A stretch of 64,000 bases of DNA from Alphaproteobacteria bacterium. GTDB lineage: Bacteria > Pseudomonadota > Alphaproteobacteria > CALKHQ01. Each line of letters opens with the position of its first letter. The stretch's first letter is position 1. A program made the translations under genes and the position numbers. The notes under the pieces were generated by a model that was not told the origin of the DNA, ran no database searches, and saw only the letters and a list, made by a program, of their open reading frames with translations. Shown piece after piece: positions 27,475 to 41,149 of this stretch. Location: positions 640,001 to 704,000 of the forward strand of contig CBDDFZ010000001.1 of the NCBI GenBank assembly GCA_965227515.1. The letters run 5' to 3'.

Positions 27475-28476
27475 TCACTGGCCGATCCGGAAGGCCGCCG
27501 GCATCTCGGTCAGGCCGAGGCCGCCGTCGACCATCAGCACGGCGAACAGGATGAACAGGTAGGCGATGGAAAACGCGAACATCCGCCGCGCCGGGCCGAT
27601 CAATGCCTTGCTCTCGCTGTCGTCGGGCGCGCGCAGCACGCGCCAGCCGTGGGCGATGAACATCACGCTGGAGACCACGGCCACCCCGCCGTAGAGCCAG
27701 CCGGCGACGCCCAGCAGCGCCGGCAGAATCGCCAGCGGCAGCATCAGGACCGTGTAGGCCAGCATCTGGCGCTTGGTGGCGCGCACGCCAGCGGTCACCG
27801 GCATCATCGGCACCCCGGCGTCGGCATAGTCGCCGCGGCGGAACAGCGCCAGCGCCCAGAAGTGCGGCGGGGTCCAGAAGAAGATCAGCGCGAACAGGCT
27901 CCAGGACACCGGGTCGACCGTGCCGGTCACCACCGTCCAGCCGATCATCGGCGGGAACGCGCCGGCGGCACCGCCGATAACGATGTTCTGCGGGGTGCGG
28001 CGCTTCAGCCAGACCGTGTAGACGAAGACGTAGAACGCGATGGTCAGTGCGAGCAGGCCGGCGGCGGCCCAGTTGACCGCCAGCGCCATCATGGTGACCG
28101 AGCCCACCGCCAGCACGATGCCGAAGCCCAGTGCGGCATCCGGCGCCATCCGGCCGGCCGGGATCGGGCGGCTGCGGGTCCGCCGCATCACCGCGTCGAT
28201 GTCGCGGTCGTACCACATATTGATCGCCGCCGATGCGCCCGCGCCAACCGCGATGCACACCACCGCGATCACCGCCAGCACCGGGTGGATACCGCCGGGC
28301 GCTACCGCCATGCCGGCCACCGCGGTGAACACCACCAGCGACATCACCCGCGGCTTCAGCAGCGCCACATAGTCGGACACCGACGCCTCGGTGACGCCAT
28401 AGGCGCTCTCACCGACGAACGCGCCGCCCATGGGCAGCGCGTCGTTTCGGTTCTGGCTGGCGCTCAGGTCTGTCAC
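27475..28476 (-). CDS. ctaB: Heme o synthase (protoheme IX farnesyltransferase)
   Basis: LLKPRVMSLVVFT, DRDIDAVMRRTRSRP, FWTPPHFWAL. Confidence 0.95.
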   Translation of the reverse strand: MTDLSASQNRNDALPMGGAFVGESAYGVTEASVSDYVALLKPRVMSLVVFTAVAGMAVAPGGIHPVLAVIAVVCIAVGAGASAAINMWYDRDIDAVMRRTRSRPIPAGRMAPDAALGFGIVLAVGSVTMMALAVNWAAAGLLALTIAFYVFVYTVWLKRRTPQNIVIGGAAGAFPPMIGWTVVTGTVDPVSWSLFALIFFWTPPHFWALALFRRGDYADAGVPMMPVTAGVRATKRQMLAYTVLMLPLAILPALLGVAGWLYGGVAVVSSVMFIAHGWRVLRAPDDSESKALIGPARRMFAFSIAYLFILFAVLMVDGGLGLTEMPAAFRIGQ

Positions 28477-28545
28477 GCGGCGATCCGTCTCGTCATGGTG
28501 CTGTCGCTCGGGACACGTTCATTCCGGGCGACCGGCAGGGCGCGC

Positions 28546-31133
<2,588 letters not shown>

Positions 31134-31404
31134 CACACCCCTCGTTGCCATGCCCCCGGATACCATGCCCTGGATATCACGTTCGGGGTCGCCATGCTCT
31201 GCTTGTCATGGCGGGCTGACCGCGTCATGCCGCAACAAAATTGCCGCGCCGATTTCACGATCGCACGTTGCGCGCTTATATTAAACGGGTGCGCCTGTCG
31301 CGAATGCGGCATATTGTCCGAAATCCTTGGAAAACCGTGGATTTCCTGACTTGCGCCCCGGGCTATGGCCGGGGCTATCCACCGCCGCAGAAAGGGTTTT
31401 CTCC

Positions 31405-32838
31405 ATGTCCCACCTCGCCACCACCGACGACCTGTTCTTCAACCGCGCCGGACTCGACCGGCCGCGGGTCGAAGGGATCGTCGCCGACGCGCTGGATGGG
31501 GCCGACGACGGCGAACTCTATCTGGAATACACCCAGTCGGAGAGCCTGAGCTATGACGACGGCAAGCTGAAGAGCGCCAGCTTCGACACTGCCCAGGGGT
31601 TCGGCCTGCGGGCGGTGGCGGGCGAGGCGACCGGCTATGCCCATGCCGGCAGCCTGGACGAGGATGCGATGCGCCGCGCCGCCGGCACCGTGCGCGCGGT
31701 GGTGTCCGGCCATGCCGGCACCGCCGCCGAGGGGCCGTCCGGCACCAACCAGCGCCTCTATGTCGACGACAACCCGCTGTCGGCGACGCCGTTCGAGACC
31801 AAGGTCAAGCTGCTGCAGGACATCGATGCCTACGCGCGCAGCCGCGATCCGCGCATCGCCCAGGTGATGGCGTCGATCAGCGGCGAATGGTCCGCGGTGC
31901 AGATCGTCCGCGCCGACGGCCAGCGCGCCGCCGACGTGCGCCCGCTGGTGCGCCTGAACGTGGCGGTGGTCGTGGCCGACGGCGACCGGATGGAAAGCGG
32001 CAGCATGGGTGCGGGCGGCCGGGTGGCGTTCGATCTCTACCTGCAGCCGGAGACGTGGCAGGGCCAGGTCGACGAGGCGGTGCGCCAGGCGCTGGTGAAC
32101 CTGGAGTCGGTGCCGGCGCCGGCCGGCGAGATGACCGTGGTGCTGGGGCCCGGCTGGCCCGGCATCCTGTTGCACGAGGCCATCGGCCACGGCCTGGAGG
32201 GCGACTTCAACCGCAAGAAGACCAGCGCGTTCTCCGGCCTGATGGGCGAGCGCGTCGCGGCCCCCGGCGTCACCGTGGTCGACGACGGCACCATCCCCGA
32301 CCGCCGCGGGTCGCTGACCATCGACGACGAGGGCACGCCGACCAGCCGCACGACGCTGATCGAGGACGGATTGCTGGTCGGCTACATGCAGGACCGCCAG
32401 AACGCCCGGCTGATGGGCATGCGGCCCAGCGGCAACGGCCGCCGTCAGTCGTACGCCCACGTGCCGATGCCGCGGATGACCAACACGGTGATGCTGAACG
32501 GCGACAAGTCGCCGGACGAGATCCTGGCCAGCGTCGACAAGGGCCTCTATGCGGTCAATTTCGGCGGCGGCCAGGTCGACATCACGTCGGGCAAGTTCGT
32601 GTTCTCCGCGTCGGAGGCCTACCTGATCGAGGGCGGCAAGGTGGGCGCGCCGGTGAAGGGCGCCACCCTGATCGGCAATGGCCCGGACGTGCTGACCAAG
32701 GTCGGCATGATCGGCAACGACATGGCGATGGATCCCGGGGTCGGCACCTGCGGCAAGGAAGGCCAGGGCGTGCCGGTTGGCGTCGGCCAGCCGACCATGC
32801 GGGTCGACGGCCTGACCGTCGGCGGCACGGCGCAGTAG
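31405..32838 (+). CDS. tldD: Metalloprotease TldD
   Basis: LLHEAIGHGLEGDFNRK, PMPRMTNT, CGKEGQGVPV. Confidence 0.95.
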   Translation: MSHLATTDDLFFNRAGLDRPRVEGIVADALDGADDGELYLEYTQSESLSYDDGKLKSASFDTAQGFGLRAVAGEATGYAHAGSLDEDAMRRAAGTVRAVVSGHAGTAAEGPSGTNQRLYVDDNPLSATPFETKVKLLQDIDAYARSRDPRIAQVMASISGEWSAVQIVRADGQRAADVRPLVRLNVAVVVADGDRMESGSMGAGGRVAFDLYLQPETWQGQVDEAVRQALVNLESVPAPAGEMTVVLGPGWPGILLHEAIGHGLEGDFNRKKTSAFSGLMGERVAAPGVTVVDDGTIPDRRGSLTIDDEGTPTSRTTLIEDGLLVGYMQDRQNARLMGMRPSGNGRRQSYAHVPMPRMTNTVMLNGDKSPDEILASVDKGLYAVNFGGGQVDITSGKFVFSASEAYLIEGGKVGAPVKGATLIGNGPDVLTKVGMIGNDMAMDPGVGTCGKEGQGVPVGVGQPTMRVDGLTVGGTAQ

Positions 32839-32862
32839 GCCATTCGGCTGGCGGGCGCCGCG

Positions 32863-33390
32863 ATGGGGTCGCAGGCAGCGGTGGCCCGGCTGCGGGTGGC
32901 GCGCGGGGCCGACGACGTCGCCCATATCCGCCGGCTGTTCCTGGCCTACGGCGAAAGCCTGGGTTTCAGCCTGTGCTTCCAGAACTTCGACGACGAGCTG
33001 GCCGGCCTGCCGGGCAAGTATGCGCCGCCGCGCGGCGAGCTGTGGCTGGCCTTTGCCGGCGACGATGACGCGGTGCCCGTGGGGTGCGTCGGCGTGCGGC
33101 CGTTCGACGATACGACCGCGGAGATGAAGCGGCTCTATGTTGCGCCGGCCGGGCGGGGACTGGGTCTCGGTCGCCGGCTGGCCGAGGCCGCGACCGGGTT
33201 TGCGCGCGACGGCGGCTATCAACGAATTGTGTTGGACACCATCAGCCGGACCATGGGCACGGCCGAGCGGATCTATCGCACGCTGGGCTACGCGCCGTGC
33301 CAGCCCTACTACCACAACCCGGTGGAGGGCGCGGTCTACTACGAATGCGCCTTCACGCGTGCCGGGCTGGCGCCGGACGCAAATGCGTAG
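32863..33390 (+). CDS. GNAT family N-acetyltransferase
   Basis: EMKRLYV...RGLGLGRRL, LYxxLG-like IYRTLG. Confidence 0.88.
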   Translation: MGSQAAVARLRVARGADDVAHIRRLFLAYGESLGFSLCFQNFDDELAGLPGKYAPPRGELWLAFAGDDDAVPVGCVGVRPFDDTTAEMKRLYVAPAGRGLGLGRRLAEAATGFARDGGYQRIVLDTISRTMGTAERIYRTLGYAPCQPYYHNPVEGAVYYECAFTRAGLAPDANA

Positions 33391-33545
33391 AAAACTAACC
33401 TTTCGTAAACGTCACGGTTAACAGTTCTTAACGGGATTATGATATACCGTCCGCGCGTCACGAAGCGGTCCAAACGCCGGCAGGTACCGCCAGCGTCGGG
33501 CCGCGGTTGATTCCGGCGGTTGATCGAGGATCCCCCTTGGTAAAC

Positions 33546-34958
33546 ATGCGCAATGCGCACCTTTCCAGCGACATGCAGGCCATCCTGGCCGGTTGCCTGC
33601 GGATCGCCGATGTCATCGGGGTCGGGCTGGCTGGCGTCGTCGCCTACCTGATCCGCGAGGGTCATGCCGACATGGGCGTCACCTATCTGGTGGCGCTGGC
33701 CATCGGCATGCTGCTGATCCTCAACTTCATGCAGTTCGCCAAGCTCTACACGGTGCAGTCGCTGCGCAGCGGCAGCGCCCTGCTGGGCCGCCTGATCGGC
33801 GCCTGGATCGCGGTGCTGGTGGTGGTGCTGGCGTTCGGCTTCTTCTCCAAGACGTCGGAAGGCATCTCGCGTATCTGGTTCCTGCTGTGGGCGCTGAGCG
33901 GGCTGTCGTTCCTGCTGTTCAACCGGGTCGTCGCGTCGCGCATCCTGGCGCACTGGAACCGGCAGGGCCGGCTGCGCGCGCGGGTCGCCATCGTCGGTGC
34001 CGGCGGGCTCGGCGAGCGGCTGGTGGAGCACTTGCGCGAGCATGGCGGCAACGCGATGTCGGTGGTGGGCGTTTGGGACGACCGGCTGAGCCGGGTGCCC
34101 GAGAAGATCGGCGGGTTCGACGTGCGCGGCACCATCGACGACTTGATCGCCTACACCCGCAACAATCCGGTCGACGACATCATCGTGGCGCTGCCTTGGA
34201 GTGCCGGGCCACGAATCCGCCAGATGGCGCGCAAGCTCTATGTCGTGCCGGCGAACGTGCGCGTGTGCCCGGACCTGGTCGGCTTCGGCATCCCGCTGCG
34301 CGGCTTCTCATCGTTGCAGGGCGTGCCGCTGCTCAACGTCTACGAGCGTCCGCTCGGCGGCTGGGGCGTGATCCTGAAGGCGATCGAGGACAAGGTGGGT
34401 GCGGCCCTGATGCTGGCGCTGTTCGCGCCGCTGATGCTGCTGGTGGCGCTGGCGGTGAAGCTGGACAGCCCCGGCCCGGTGCTGTTCCGGCAGAAGCGCT
34501 ACGGCTTCAACAACAATGAGTTCAGCGTCTTCAAGTTCCGCACCATGTACCAGCGCACGGTCAAGGACGAGGACGGCGTGCCGCAGGCAACCAAGGGGGA
34601 CGCGCGCATCACGCGGGTCGGCGCCTTCCTGCGCAAGACCAGCCTGGACGAGCTGCCCCAGCTCTTCAACGTGCTCAGGGGCGAGATGTCCATCGTCGGC
34701 CCCCGGCCCCATGCGGTGGCGCACAACGAGAAGTACGGCCGCATCATCGACGAGTATATGTGCCGTCACCGGGTCAAGCCCGGCATCACCGGCTGGGCCC
34801 AGGTCAATGGCTGGCGCGGCGAGACCGAGACGCCTGAAAAAATGAGCATGCGCGTCCAGTACGACCTGTATTACATAGAGAACTGGTCGTTGTTGCTCGA
34901 CGTCCGAATCCTGTTCATGACCGCATTCGTCGGTTTTGCGCACCGCAACGCCTATTAG
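33546..34958 (+). CDS. Undecaprenyl-phosphate glucose phosphotransferase (WcaJ/PssY-like)
   Basis: 4-5 TM helices, CoA-binding-like region, [41 protein letters not shown]. Confidence 0.92.
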   Translation: MRNAHLSSDMQAILAGCLRIADVIGVGLAGVVAYLIREGHADMGVTYLVALAIGMLLILNFMQFAKLYTVQSLRSGSALLGRLIGAWIAVLVVVLAFGFFSKTSEGISRIWFLLWALSGLSFLLFNRVVASRILAHWNRQGRLRARVAIVGAGGLGERLVEHLREHGGNAMSVVGVWDDRLSRVPEKIGGFDVRGTIDDLIAYTRNNPVDDIIVALPWSAGPRIRQMARKLYVVPANVRVCPDLVGFGIPLRGFSSLQGVPLLNVYERPLGGWGVILKAIEDKVGAALMLALFAPLMLLVALAVKLDSPGPVLFRQKRYGFNNNEFSVFKFRTMYQRTVKDEDGVPQATKGDARITRVGAFLRKTSLDELPQLFNVLRGEMSIVGPRPHAVAHNEKYGRIIDEYMCRHRVKPGITGWAQVNGWRGETETPEKMSMRVQYDLYYIENWSLLLDVRILFMTAFVGFAHRNAY

Positions 34959-34993
34959 CCGCTTCCCCCGCCACCGATCCGAGCTGTCCATTC

Positions 34994-36451
34994 GTGGCCG
35001 ACAAGCCTGATACCAGCCCGCCGCGCGACGGATTCGCGTTCGTGATGTTCGCGCTGATGCTGGCGTGGGCGCCGCTGCCGTTCGCCAGCAACACGGTGAT
35101 GTTCAGCAACGTTCTGGTCGTGCTGGTCGGCTTGGCGGCCCTGGCGTGGGCGCTGTGCGCGTTCCGCGACGCCCGGGTGAACATGGTGCCGTTCCGCCGC
35201 TACCGCTGGTTCGTCTGGCTGACGCTGGCGCTGACGGTGTGGGTGATCGTCCAGAACGCAAACTGGACGCCGTCCGACTGGCACCATCCGTTCTGGCGGT
35301 CGGCGGGCGCGGTGCTCGGCATGCCGGAGATCGGGTCGATCGGGTTGACGCCGAACGCCGGCTACCAGACCCTGCTGCGCATCCTGGCCTATATCCTGAC
35401 GTTCCTGCTGGCGATGCAGCTCGGCCGGTCCGGCGAGGGCGCGGCGCGGGTGACCTGGCTGGTGATCCTGATCGCCATCGCCTATGCGCTCTATGGCCTG
35501 ATCATCAAGGTCGGCGATCTGGAGATGGTCGCCTGGGAAGAGAAGATCTTCTACCAAGACAGCCTGACCAGCACGTTCATCAACCGCAACAGCTACGGCA
35601 CCTTCGCGGCCCTTGGCCTGCTGGTGATCTGCGGCATGCTGTCCAGGCGGATGCGCGCCACCGGCGCCCTCGGCTCGCTGCGCGGCGGCGCGCTGGCCGC
35701 GTTCATCGACCGGCTGACCGCGCGCGACTTCGTGCTGTTCGCGGGTTTCATCATGGTCGGCAGCGCGCTGTTGCTGACCAATTCGCGCGGCGCCAGCCTG
35801 TCGTTCCTGGTTGCCGTCATCGTGCTGTTCCTGCTGATCGCGGCGGGCCGGCGCTCCTGGCGGGCCAGCACCCTGATCGCCGGCGCCATCATCCTGGCCG
35901 GCGGCTATCTGGTGTTCAGCGCGTCCAGCGCCGGGCTGATCAGCCGGCTGCTGGAATTCGATCGCGACATCGTCGCCCGGCAGGAGGTGGCGGCGATCAC
36001 GATCAGGGCGATTGGCGACCATCCCTGGGTCGGCACCGGCTTCGGCAGCTTCCAGGGCCTGTTCGCGGCCTATCGCGATGCGTCCATCGACCCCGCGGTC
36101 GCGATCTACGACAAGGCCCACAACACCTATCTGGAATGGGCGTTGGAGGCGGGCTTGCCGGCGACCGTGCTGATGGTCGGCACCATCGGCTTCATCGCGA
36201 TCATGTGCGCGCGCGGTGCCGTCGTGCGCCGCCGCAATACGATCTACCCGGCGGTGGGCGCGGCGGCGACCACGCTGGTCGCGGTGCACGCCCTGGTCGA
36301 TTTCAGCCTGCAGATCCCCGCGGTCACCGTCTACTACGCCGCCATCCTGGGTGTCGGCTACGCCCAGTCCTGGTCGACCGCCGGTGACGAGCCGGTCTCG
36401 CGGCGGCCGGTGGGCGGGCTGGAGGACTGGCGCGCGCCCGAACGCGCCTGA
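34994..36451 (+). CDS. O-antigen ligase/Wzy_C family membrane protein
   Basis: FINRN, TNSRGA, GTGFGSF, AHNTYLE motifs; many TM helices. Confidence 0.85.
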   Translation: MADKPDTSPPRDGFAFVMFALMLAWAPLPFASNTVMFSNVLVVLVGLAALAWALCAFRDARVNMVPFRRYRWFVWLTLALTVWVIVQNANWTPSDWHHPFWRSAGAVLGMPEIGSIGLTPNAGYQTLLRILAYILTFLLAMQLGRSGEGAARVTWLVILIAIAYALYGLIIKVGDLEMVAWEEKIFYQDSLTSTFINRNSYGTFAALGLLVICGMLSRRMRATGALGSLRGGALAAFIDRLTARDFVLFAGFIMVGSALLLTNSRGASLSFLVAVIVLFLLIAAGRRSWRASTLIAGAIILAGGYLVFSASSAGLISRLLEFDRDIVARQEVAAITIRAIGDHPWVGTGFGSFQGLFAAYRDASIDPAVAIYDKAHNTYLEWALEAGLPATVLMVGTIGFIAIMCARGAVVRRRNTIYPAVGAAATTLVAVHALVDFSLQIPAVTVYYAAILGVGYAQSWSTAGDEPVSRRPVGGLEDWRAPERA

Positions 36452-36472
36452 ACGCCATGTCTGACCCTCGCC

Positions 36473-36919
36473 ATGTCTGACTCTCGACCGGGCCGCGCCG
36501 ATTTCGCGCACCTGATGGAAATCACCACCCGCTGGCACGACAACGATGCCTATGGGCACATCAACAACGTCGTCTACTACGCGTTCTTCGACACCGCGGT
36601 GAACCGCTACTTGATCGACAACGGGCTGCTCGATATCGACCACAGCCCGGTGATCGGCCTGGTGATCGAGACCAAGTGCACCTACTTCCAGCCGATGGCG
36701 TTCCCCGACCTGGTGACCGCGGCGCTGCGGGTCGCCCGCCTGGGCACTTCCAGCGTGACCTACGAGATCGGGCTCTATCGCAACGACGATGACGAGCCGG
36801 CGGCACTCGGTACCTTCACCCACGTCTATGTCGACCGACAGACCCGCCGGCCATGCCCGCTGCCCGACAACGTGCGTGCCGTGCTCAGCCGACTGGTGAT
36901 GCCGCCAACTCCAGGCTGA
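36473..36919 (+). CDS. Acyl-CoA thioesterase (4HBT-like)
   Basis: RWHDNDAYGHINNVVY. Confidence 0.88.
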   Translation: MSDSRPGRADFAHLMEITTRWHDNDAYGHINNVVYYAFFDTAVNRYLIDNGLLDIDHSPVIGLVIETKCTYFQPMAFPDLVTAALRVARLGTSSVTYEIGLYRNDDDEPAALGTFTHVYVDRQTRRPCPLPDNVRAVLSRLVMPPTPG

Positions 36920-37037
36920 GCCGCTTATGCGGACCGTTTGCGCCAGGATGTCGCAAGCGAAGACGCTGGCCACCGGTCGCAGCCTTGCCACATTGTGTGG
37001 TCAGCCTCCGCGCGAACCGAACGGATGTTAGGCGGGT

Positions 37038-37565
37038 ATGACATCGCAACACGCCACCTATATCGGCACCGGCAGCCGGCGCATTTCGGCGACGGCCGTG
37101 GGTCTCGGCGTCTGCATCGTCAGCGCCGCCATGCTGGTCGGCGCCCTGGCGTTCCAGTACATCGGCGGGCTCGACCCCTGCCCGCTCTGCCATCTGCAGC
37201 GCTATCCCTACATCGCCGCCCTGATTCTGGGCGCGGCCTCGATCTGGGTATCCGGCGGCATGCGCGCGCCGCTGCTGGTGCTGGCTGCGCTGGCGTTCTG
37301 GACCACTGCCGGCATCGGCTTCTACCACGCGGGCGTCGAATACGGGTTCTGGCCCGGTCCCGATACGTGCTCCGGCGCCGCTGAGCTGTCGGTCGACATG
37401 CTGCAGGACTTCTCCACCGGACAGATCGAAGTGCCGACCGTGAGCTGCTCCGACGCGGCATGGACGCTGATGGGCATCTCCATGGCCGGTTACAACTTCC
37501 TAATCGCCGGCTTCGTCGGGCTCGTCACCCTGGTCGCCGCACTGCGCACGCGGAGCGCGCGATGA
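37038..37565 (+). CDS. dsbB: Disulfide bond formation protein DsbB
   Basis: PCPLCHLQR, YHAGVE, second Cys pair, TM helices. Confidence 0.85.
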   Translation: MTSQHATYIGTGSRRISATAVGLGVCIVSAAMLVGALAFQYIGGLDPCPLCHLQRYPYIAALILGAASIWVSGGMRAPLLVLAALAFWTTAGIGFYHAGVEYGFWPGPDTCSGAAELSVDMLQDFSTGQIEVPTVSCSDAAWTLMGISMAGYNFLIAGFVGLVTLVAALRTRSAR

Positions 37566-38119
37566 CGGATGCGCCCCGCCGCCCGCCGGCCCTGCCCGGC
37601 GATCCCGATTGGGATGCGCAGGTCGCCCGCATGGTGCGGGTGGACCACGCCGGCGAGTACGGCGCGCGGCGCATTTACGACGGGCAGCTCGCTGTGCTCG
37701 GCAAGACCGCGCACGCGGAGACCATCCGCCATATGCGCGACCAGGAGACCGAGCACCTGGAAACCTTCGACCGCCTGGTTGTGGAGCGGGAGGTGCGGCC
37801 GACCGCGCTGCATCCGCTGTGGCATGCGCTCGGCTACGCGCTGGGGGCGGCCAGTGCCGCCATGGGGCCGAAGGCGGCGATGGCGGTGACCGTCGCGGTC
37901 GAAGAGGTGATCGACGAGCACTACAGCAAGCAGGCCGAGAAGCTGGCCGGCGAGGACCCGGAGCTGCACGGCATCGTCGAGAAGTTCGCCGCCGACGAGC
38001 GCGAGCACCGCGACATCGGCCTCGACCACGGGGCGCGGGAGGCGCCGGGCTACGAACCGCTGTCCGCCGCCGTCAAGGCTGGTTCAAGACTGGCAATCTG
38101 GCTGTCGGAGCGGATTTGA
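37562..38119 (+). CDS. coq7: Demethoxyubiquinone hydroxylase Coq7
   Basis: RVDHAGEYGA, QETEH, AVEEVI..HY, DEREH di-iron motifs. Confidence 0.92.
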   Translation: MTDAPRRPPALPGDPDWDAQVARMVRVDHAGEYGARRIYDGQLAVLGKTAHAETIRHMRDQETEHLETFDRLVVEREVRPTALHPLWHALGYALGAASAAMGPKAAMAVTVAVEEVIDEHYSKQAEKLAGEDPELHGIVEKFAADEREHRDIGLDHGAREAPGYEPLSAAVKAGSRLAIWLSERI

Positions 38120-38143
38120 GCGATGTAAATCGATTGTGGATGG

Positions 38144-38419
38144 TCACAACGTCGGCTCAGCTTGCCTACCATTGCGGATCATCACGATCAGTACGACATC
38201 CTCTACATTTCGGTAGTAGATGTGGTGTGAGCGATAAACATATCTGCGATGGGTGTCGTTGAACCTGACCCCGATATCGGGATTCCTGCCAAGTAGCTCG
38301 AACGCCTGATAGAGGCCTCGCAAGTATTTCTCTGCCTGATTGGCGCCAAATGTCCGGTCGGTGTAGCGCGCAATGTCCACAACTTGGGCGATTGCCCGCC
38401 GACTCAACCGGAATGTCAT
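38144..38419 (-). CDS. ParE/RelE family type II toxin
   Basis: FRLSRRA..DIARYT..FG..QAEKY, HHIYY; 91 aa; overlaps upstream small ORF. Confidence 0.82.
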   Translation of the reverse strand: MTFRLSRRAIAQVVDIARYTDRTFGANQAEKYLRGLYQAFELLGRNPDIGVRFNDTHRRYVYRSHHIYYRNVEDVVLIVMIRNGRQAEPTL

Positions 38420-38637
38420 GGAGACTTATCGTTCTCCGCGCGCACTTCGGCGAGGATATCCTCTACGGTGTGGTGCTCAGCGATTCCGCTCGCATCAGCC
38501 TCCGCTAGGTCACGCTCAATTAGGGCGCGTTGTTGCTGGGGCGTCAGGCTTTCCCAGAGCGCAATGTCGGCTTCGGTCGGATTGACCGTCGACGAGAATC
38601 TGATCGCGGAGATGTCGAGGGTTTTCGTGTCGTCCAT
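38416..38637 (-). CDS. Putative antitoxin (73 aa, acidic)
   Basis: ATGA overlap with toxin; C-terminal AEADASG...VEDILAE resembles ParD-type toxin-binding tails. Confidence 0.6.
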   Translation of the reverse strand: MDDTKTLDISAIRFSSTVNPTEADIALWESLTPQQQRALIERDLAEADASGIAEHHTVEDILAEVRAENDKSP

Positions 38638-38715
38638 GGAGGCAACTCCTTCGCCACCCAAGATAACGCCGCTGGAGGCACATTCAACCGACATCGGCCT
38701 CTGTCCCAATCAGGA

Positions 38716-39948
38716 TCAATCCACCTGCAGCAACTGACCTTTCAAATACGCGGTTTCCGGCAGGTGCGGGTGGACCGGATGATCGGGGGCGGCGCCGACA
38801 GTGGCCAGCACCCGGCCGGTGCGCCGGGTGTCGTTGAGCCCCTTGGCGACGCAGTCCGCGAATGTCTCCGGCGAAATGTTGTGGGAGCATGAGGCGGTGA
38901 ACAACAGGCCGCCCGGCGCCACCAGGCCGGCGCACTGGCGCGCAAGCTTGCGGTAGCCGCGCGCCGCCGCCGGCACGTCCTTCTTCGACTTGGCGAACGC
39001 CGGCGGGTCGCAGACCACAATATCGTAGCGCTCCCCCGCCTCCCGCTTGGCTTCCAGCGCGGCGAATGCCTCCGCCCGCTCGAACCGGCAGCGCGCCGCG
39101 ACACCGCTGGCGTCGGCAGCCTGTTGCGCCAACTCCTGCGCCGGTGCCGACCGGTCGACACCGACTACCTGGGCCGCGCCGGCCACCGCCGCCTGCACCG
39201 CGAAGCCGCCTGTGTGGCAATAGACGTCCAGCACCCGCGCGCCGGCGGCGAAGCCGGCGACCAGTGCCCGATTGGCCCGCTGGTCGAAGAACCAGCCGGT
39301 CTTCTGCCCGCCCGTCAGGTCGGCCAGGAAGGTGGCCCCGCCCTCCGGCACCTCGACCGGCGCATCGGGCGGCGTGCCGACGACATGGGGGGTCGCGTCC
39401 AGCCCCTCCAGCGCGCGGGCCGGCGTATCGTTGCGGAACTGAATCGACTGCGGCCGGAAGCGCTCGGTCAACGCTTCCTCCAGGGCGGGCCGCAACCGCT
39501 CGAACCCGGCGACGTTCACCTGCACCACGAGATGGCGGTCGAACCGGTCGACGATCAGGCCGGGCAGGCCATCGCCCTCGGCGTGGACCAGGCGATAGAA
39601 TGGCGCCCCGGTCAGCCGGGCGCGCAATGCCGCGGCGCGCTCAAGGCGCGCATCGAGCCAGCCGGCGTCGATCGGCGTGTCGGCCTTGGTCGTCAGCAAT
39701 CGCGCCGCGATCAGCGGCCGGGGGTTGAAGAACGCGGTGCCGAGGTGCCGGCCCGTGCTGGCCACCAGATTGACCAGCGTGCCGGGCGGCAGCTTGCGCT
39801 CGGCGTCGCCCAGGCGCAGCTCGTTGGAATACACCCAGGGGTGGCCGGCCAGCAGCCGCCGCTCGCGTTTCGGCGCCAGATGCAACTGGGGATAGGGCGG
39901 CGTGTCTTGCGAAACCGCCGCTTTGGCCTGCGCCGTCGCTTCGCTCAC
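38716..39948 (-). CDS. RlmI-like class I SAM-dependent rRNA methyltransferase
   Basis: [12 protein letters not shown] domain, [29 protein letters not shown]. Confidence 0.88.
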   Translation of the reverse strand: MSEATAQAKAAVSQDTPPYPQLHLAPKRERRLLAGHPWVYSNELRLGDAERKLPPGTLVNLVASTGRHLGTAFFNPRPLIAARLLTTKADTPIDAGWLDARLERAAALRARLTGAPFYRLVHAEGDGLPGLIVDRFDRHLVVQVNVAGFERLRPALEEALTERFRPQSIQFRNDTPARALEGLDATPHVVGTPPDAPVEVPEGGATFLADLTGGQKTGWFFDQRANRALVAGFAAGARVLDVYCHTGGFAVQAAVAGAAQVVGVDRSAPAQELAQQAADASGVAARCRFERAEAFAALEAKREAGERYDIVVCDPPAFAKSKKDVPAAARGYRKLARQCAGLVAPGGLLFTASCSHNISPETFADCVAKGLNDTRRTGRVLATVGAAPDHPVHPHLPETAYLKGQLLQVD

Positions 39949-40433
39949 GCCGGCGCTTTGGCGGCCAGCGGTTGGGCGAACTGCAGCTCCAGGTCCCATG
40001 GGAAATAGATCCAGGTGTCCTGGCTGACCTCGGTGATGAAGGTGTCGACCAGCGGCCGGCCTGCGGGCTTGGCGTAGACCGTGGCCAGATGCGCCTTCGG
40101 CAGCATCTCCTTGATCACCCGCGCGGTCTTGCCGGTGTCGACCAGGTCGTCGACGACCAGCAGGCCCGTACCGTCGCCCTCCACCGATTTCAGGATGCTG
40201 ACCTGCCCCTGCCGCTTCTCGTCGTGGTAGCTGGAGATGCACACGGTGTCGATCAGCCGGATGTCCAGCTCCCGCGCGACAACGGCCGCCGGCACCAGGC
40301 CGCCGCGGGTGATGGCGACGATGCCCTGCCATGGCTGTTGCGCCATCAGGCGCCAGGCCAGCGCCCGCGCGTCGCGGTGCAGTTGCTCCCAGGAAACCGG
40401 ATAGTTCTTGGTGTAGGTCGGCTCGTCGGCCAT
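39945..40433 (-). CDS. gpt: Xanthine phosphoribosyltransferase
   Basis: [30 protein letters not shown]. Confidence 0.93.
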   Translation of the reverse strand: MADEPTYTKNYPVSWEQLHRDARALAWRLMAQQPWQGIVAITRGGLVPAAVVARELDIRLIDTVCISSYHDEKRQGQVSILKSVEGDGTGLLVVDDLVDTGKTARVIKEMLPKAHLATVYAKPAGRPLVDTFITEVSQDTWIYFPWDLELQFAQPLAAKAPA

Positions 40434-40550
40434 GGCCACTCCCGCAGCGACGTGATCGGTGAAGGCCCGGACTATGGGCCAGCCGAGTCTGTGGCCCAGC
40501 CGACGCGCCCGCGTCAAGGGGAATGGGTCAGGAATTCACGCCCGAGGCAA

Positions 40551-40991
40551 TCAGGCGCTGAGCCCTGGCTTTTCCAGATAGCAGCCGCTGATCCGCCAGC
40601 TTCCGTCGGGCTGGCGCTCCATCCGGTAGCGCGCGATCACCGGCTCGCCGTCCGGCCCGACCAGATAGACGTCCTGGATCGGCTCGGCGCCGGTGGTATC
40701 CAGGTACTGGAACTCGACATATTGCGGCCGGTAGACCGGCATGTAGCCGGAGATCACCATGTCCATGAAATAGTCGGGGCTCTGGAACTGCAGCTGCAGC
40801 ATCGGCGATGCGTAGGAAAAAGCTTCCACGCGATCGTCGCGCTGGAAGGCGTCGAGCTGCGACTGGATGGTGGCGATGATCTGGGAACGGTCGGCCTCGC
40901 TGACGGATTGCGCGAGCGCCGGCTGGGACAGGGCGGTACCCATCCAGGTGACCGCCGCAACGAACAAGGCTCGTGCGATTAGGCGATGCAT
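40551..40991 (-). CDS. DUF4864-like secreted protein
   Basis: Signal peptide; QLDAF..DD..AFSYASP, F..MV..GY.PV, WRISGC. Confidence 0.75.
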   Translation of the reverse strand: MHRLIARALFVAAVTWMGTALSQPALAQSVSEADRSQIIATIQSQLDAFQRDDRVEAFSYASPMLQLQFQSPDYFMDMVISGYMPVYRPQYVEFQYLDTTGAEPIQDVYLVGPDGEPVIARYRMERQPDGSWRISGCYLEKPGLSA

Positions 40992-41149
40992 GGTCGCTCT
41001 CCGCGTGTCGTTCGTAAGAAAGGTTAACCCATGCGGCGGGCAACGTCATGTGACAGGGCGCACACTTGACGGCAATGGTTTTGTAAGCGCGATATGCGGC
41101 GGTGCGGTCGAACCCGCGCGACGCCGTTCGATTTCTTGGGGAGAACACC

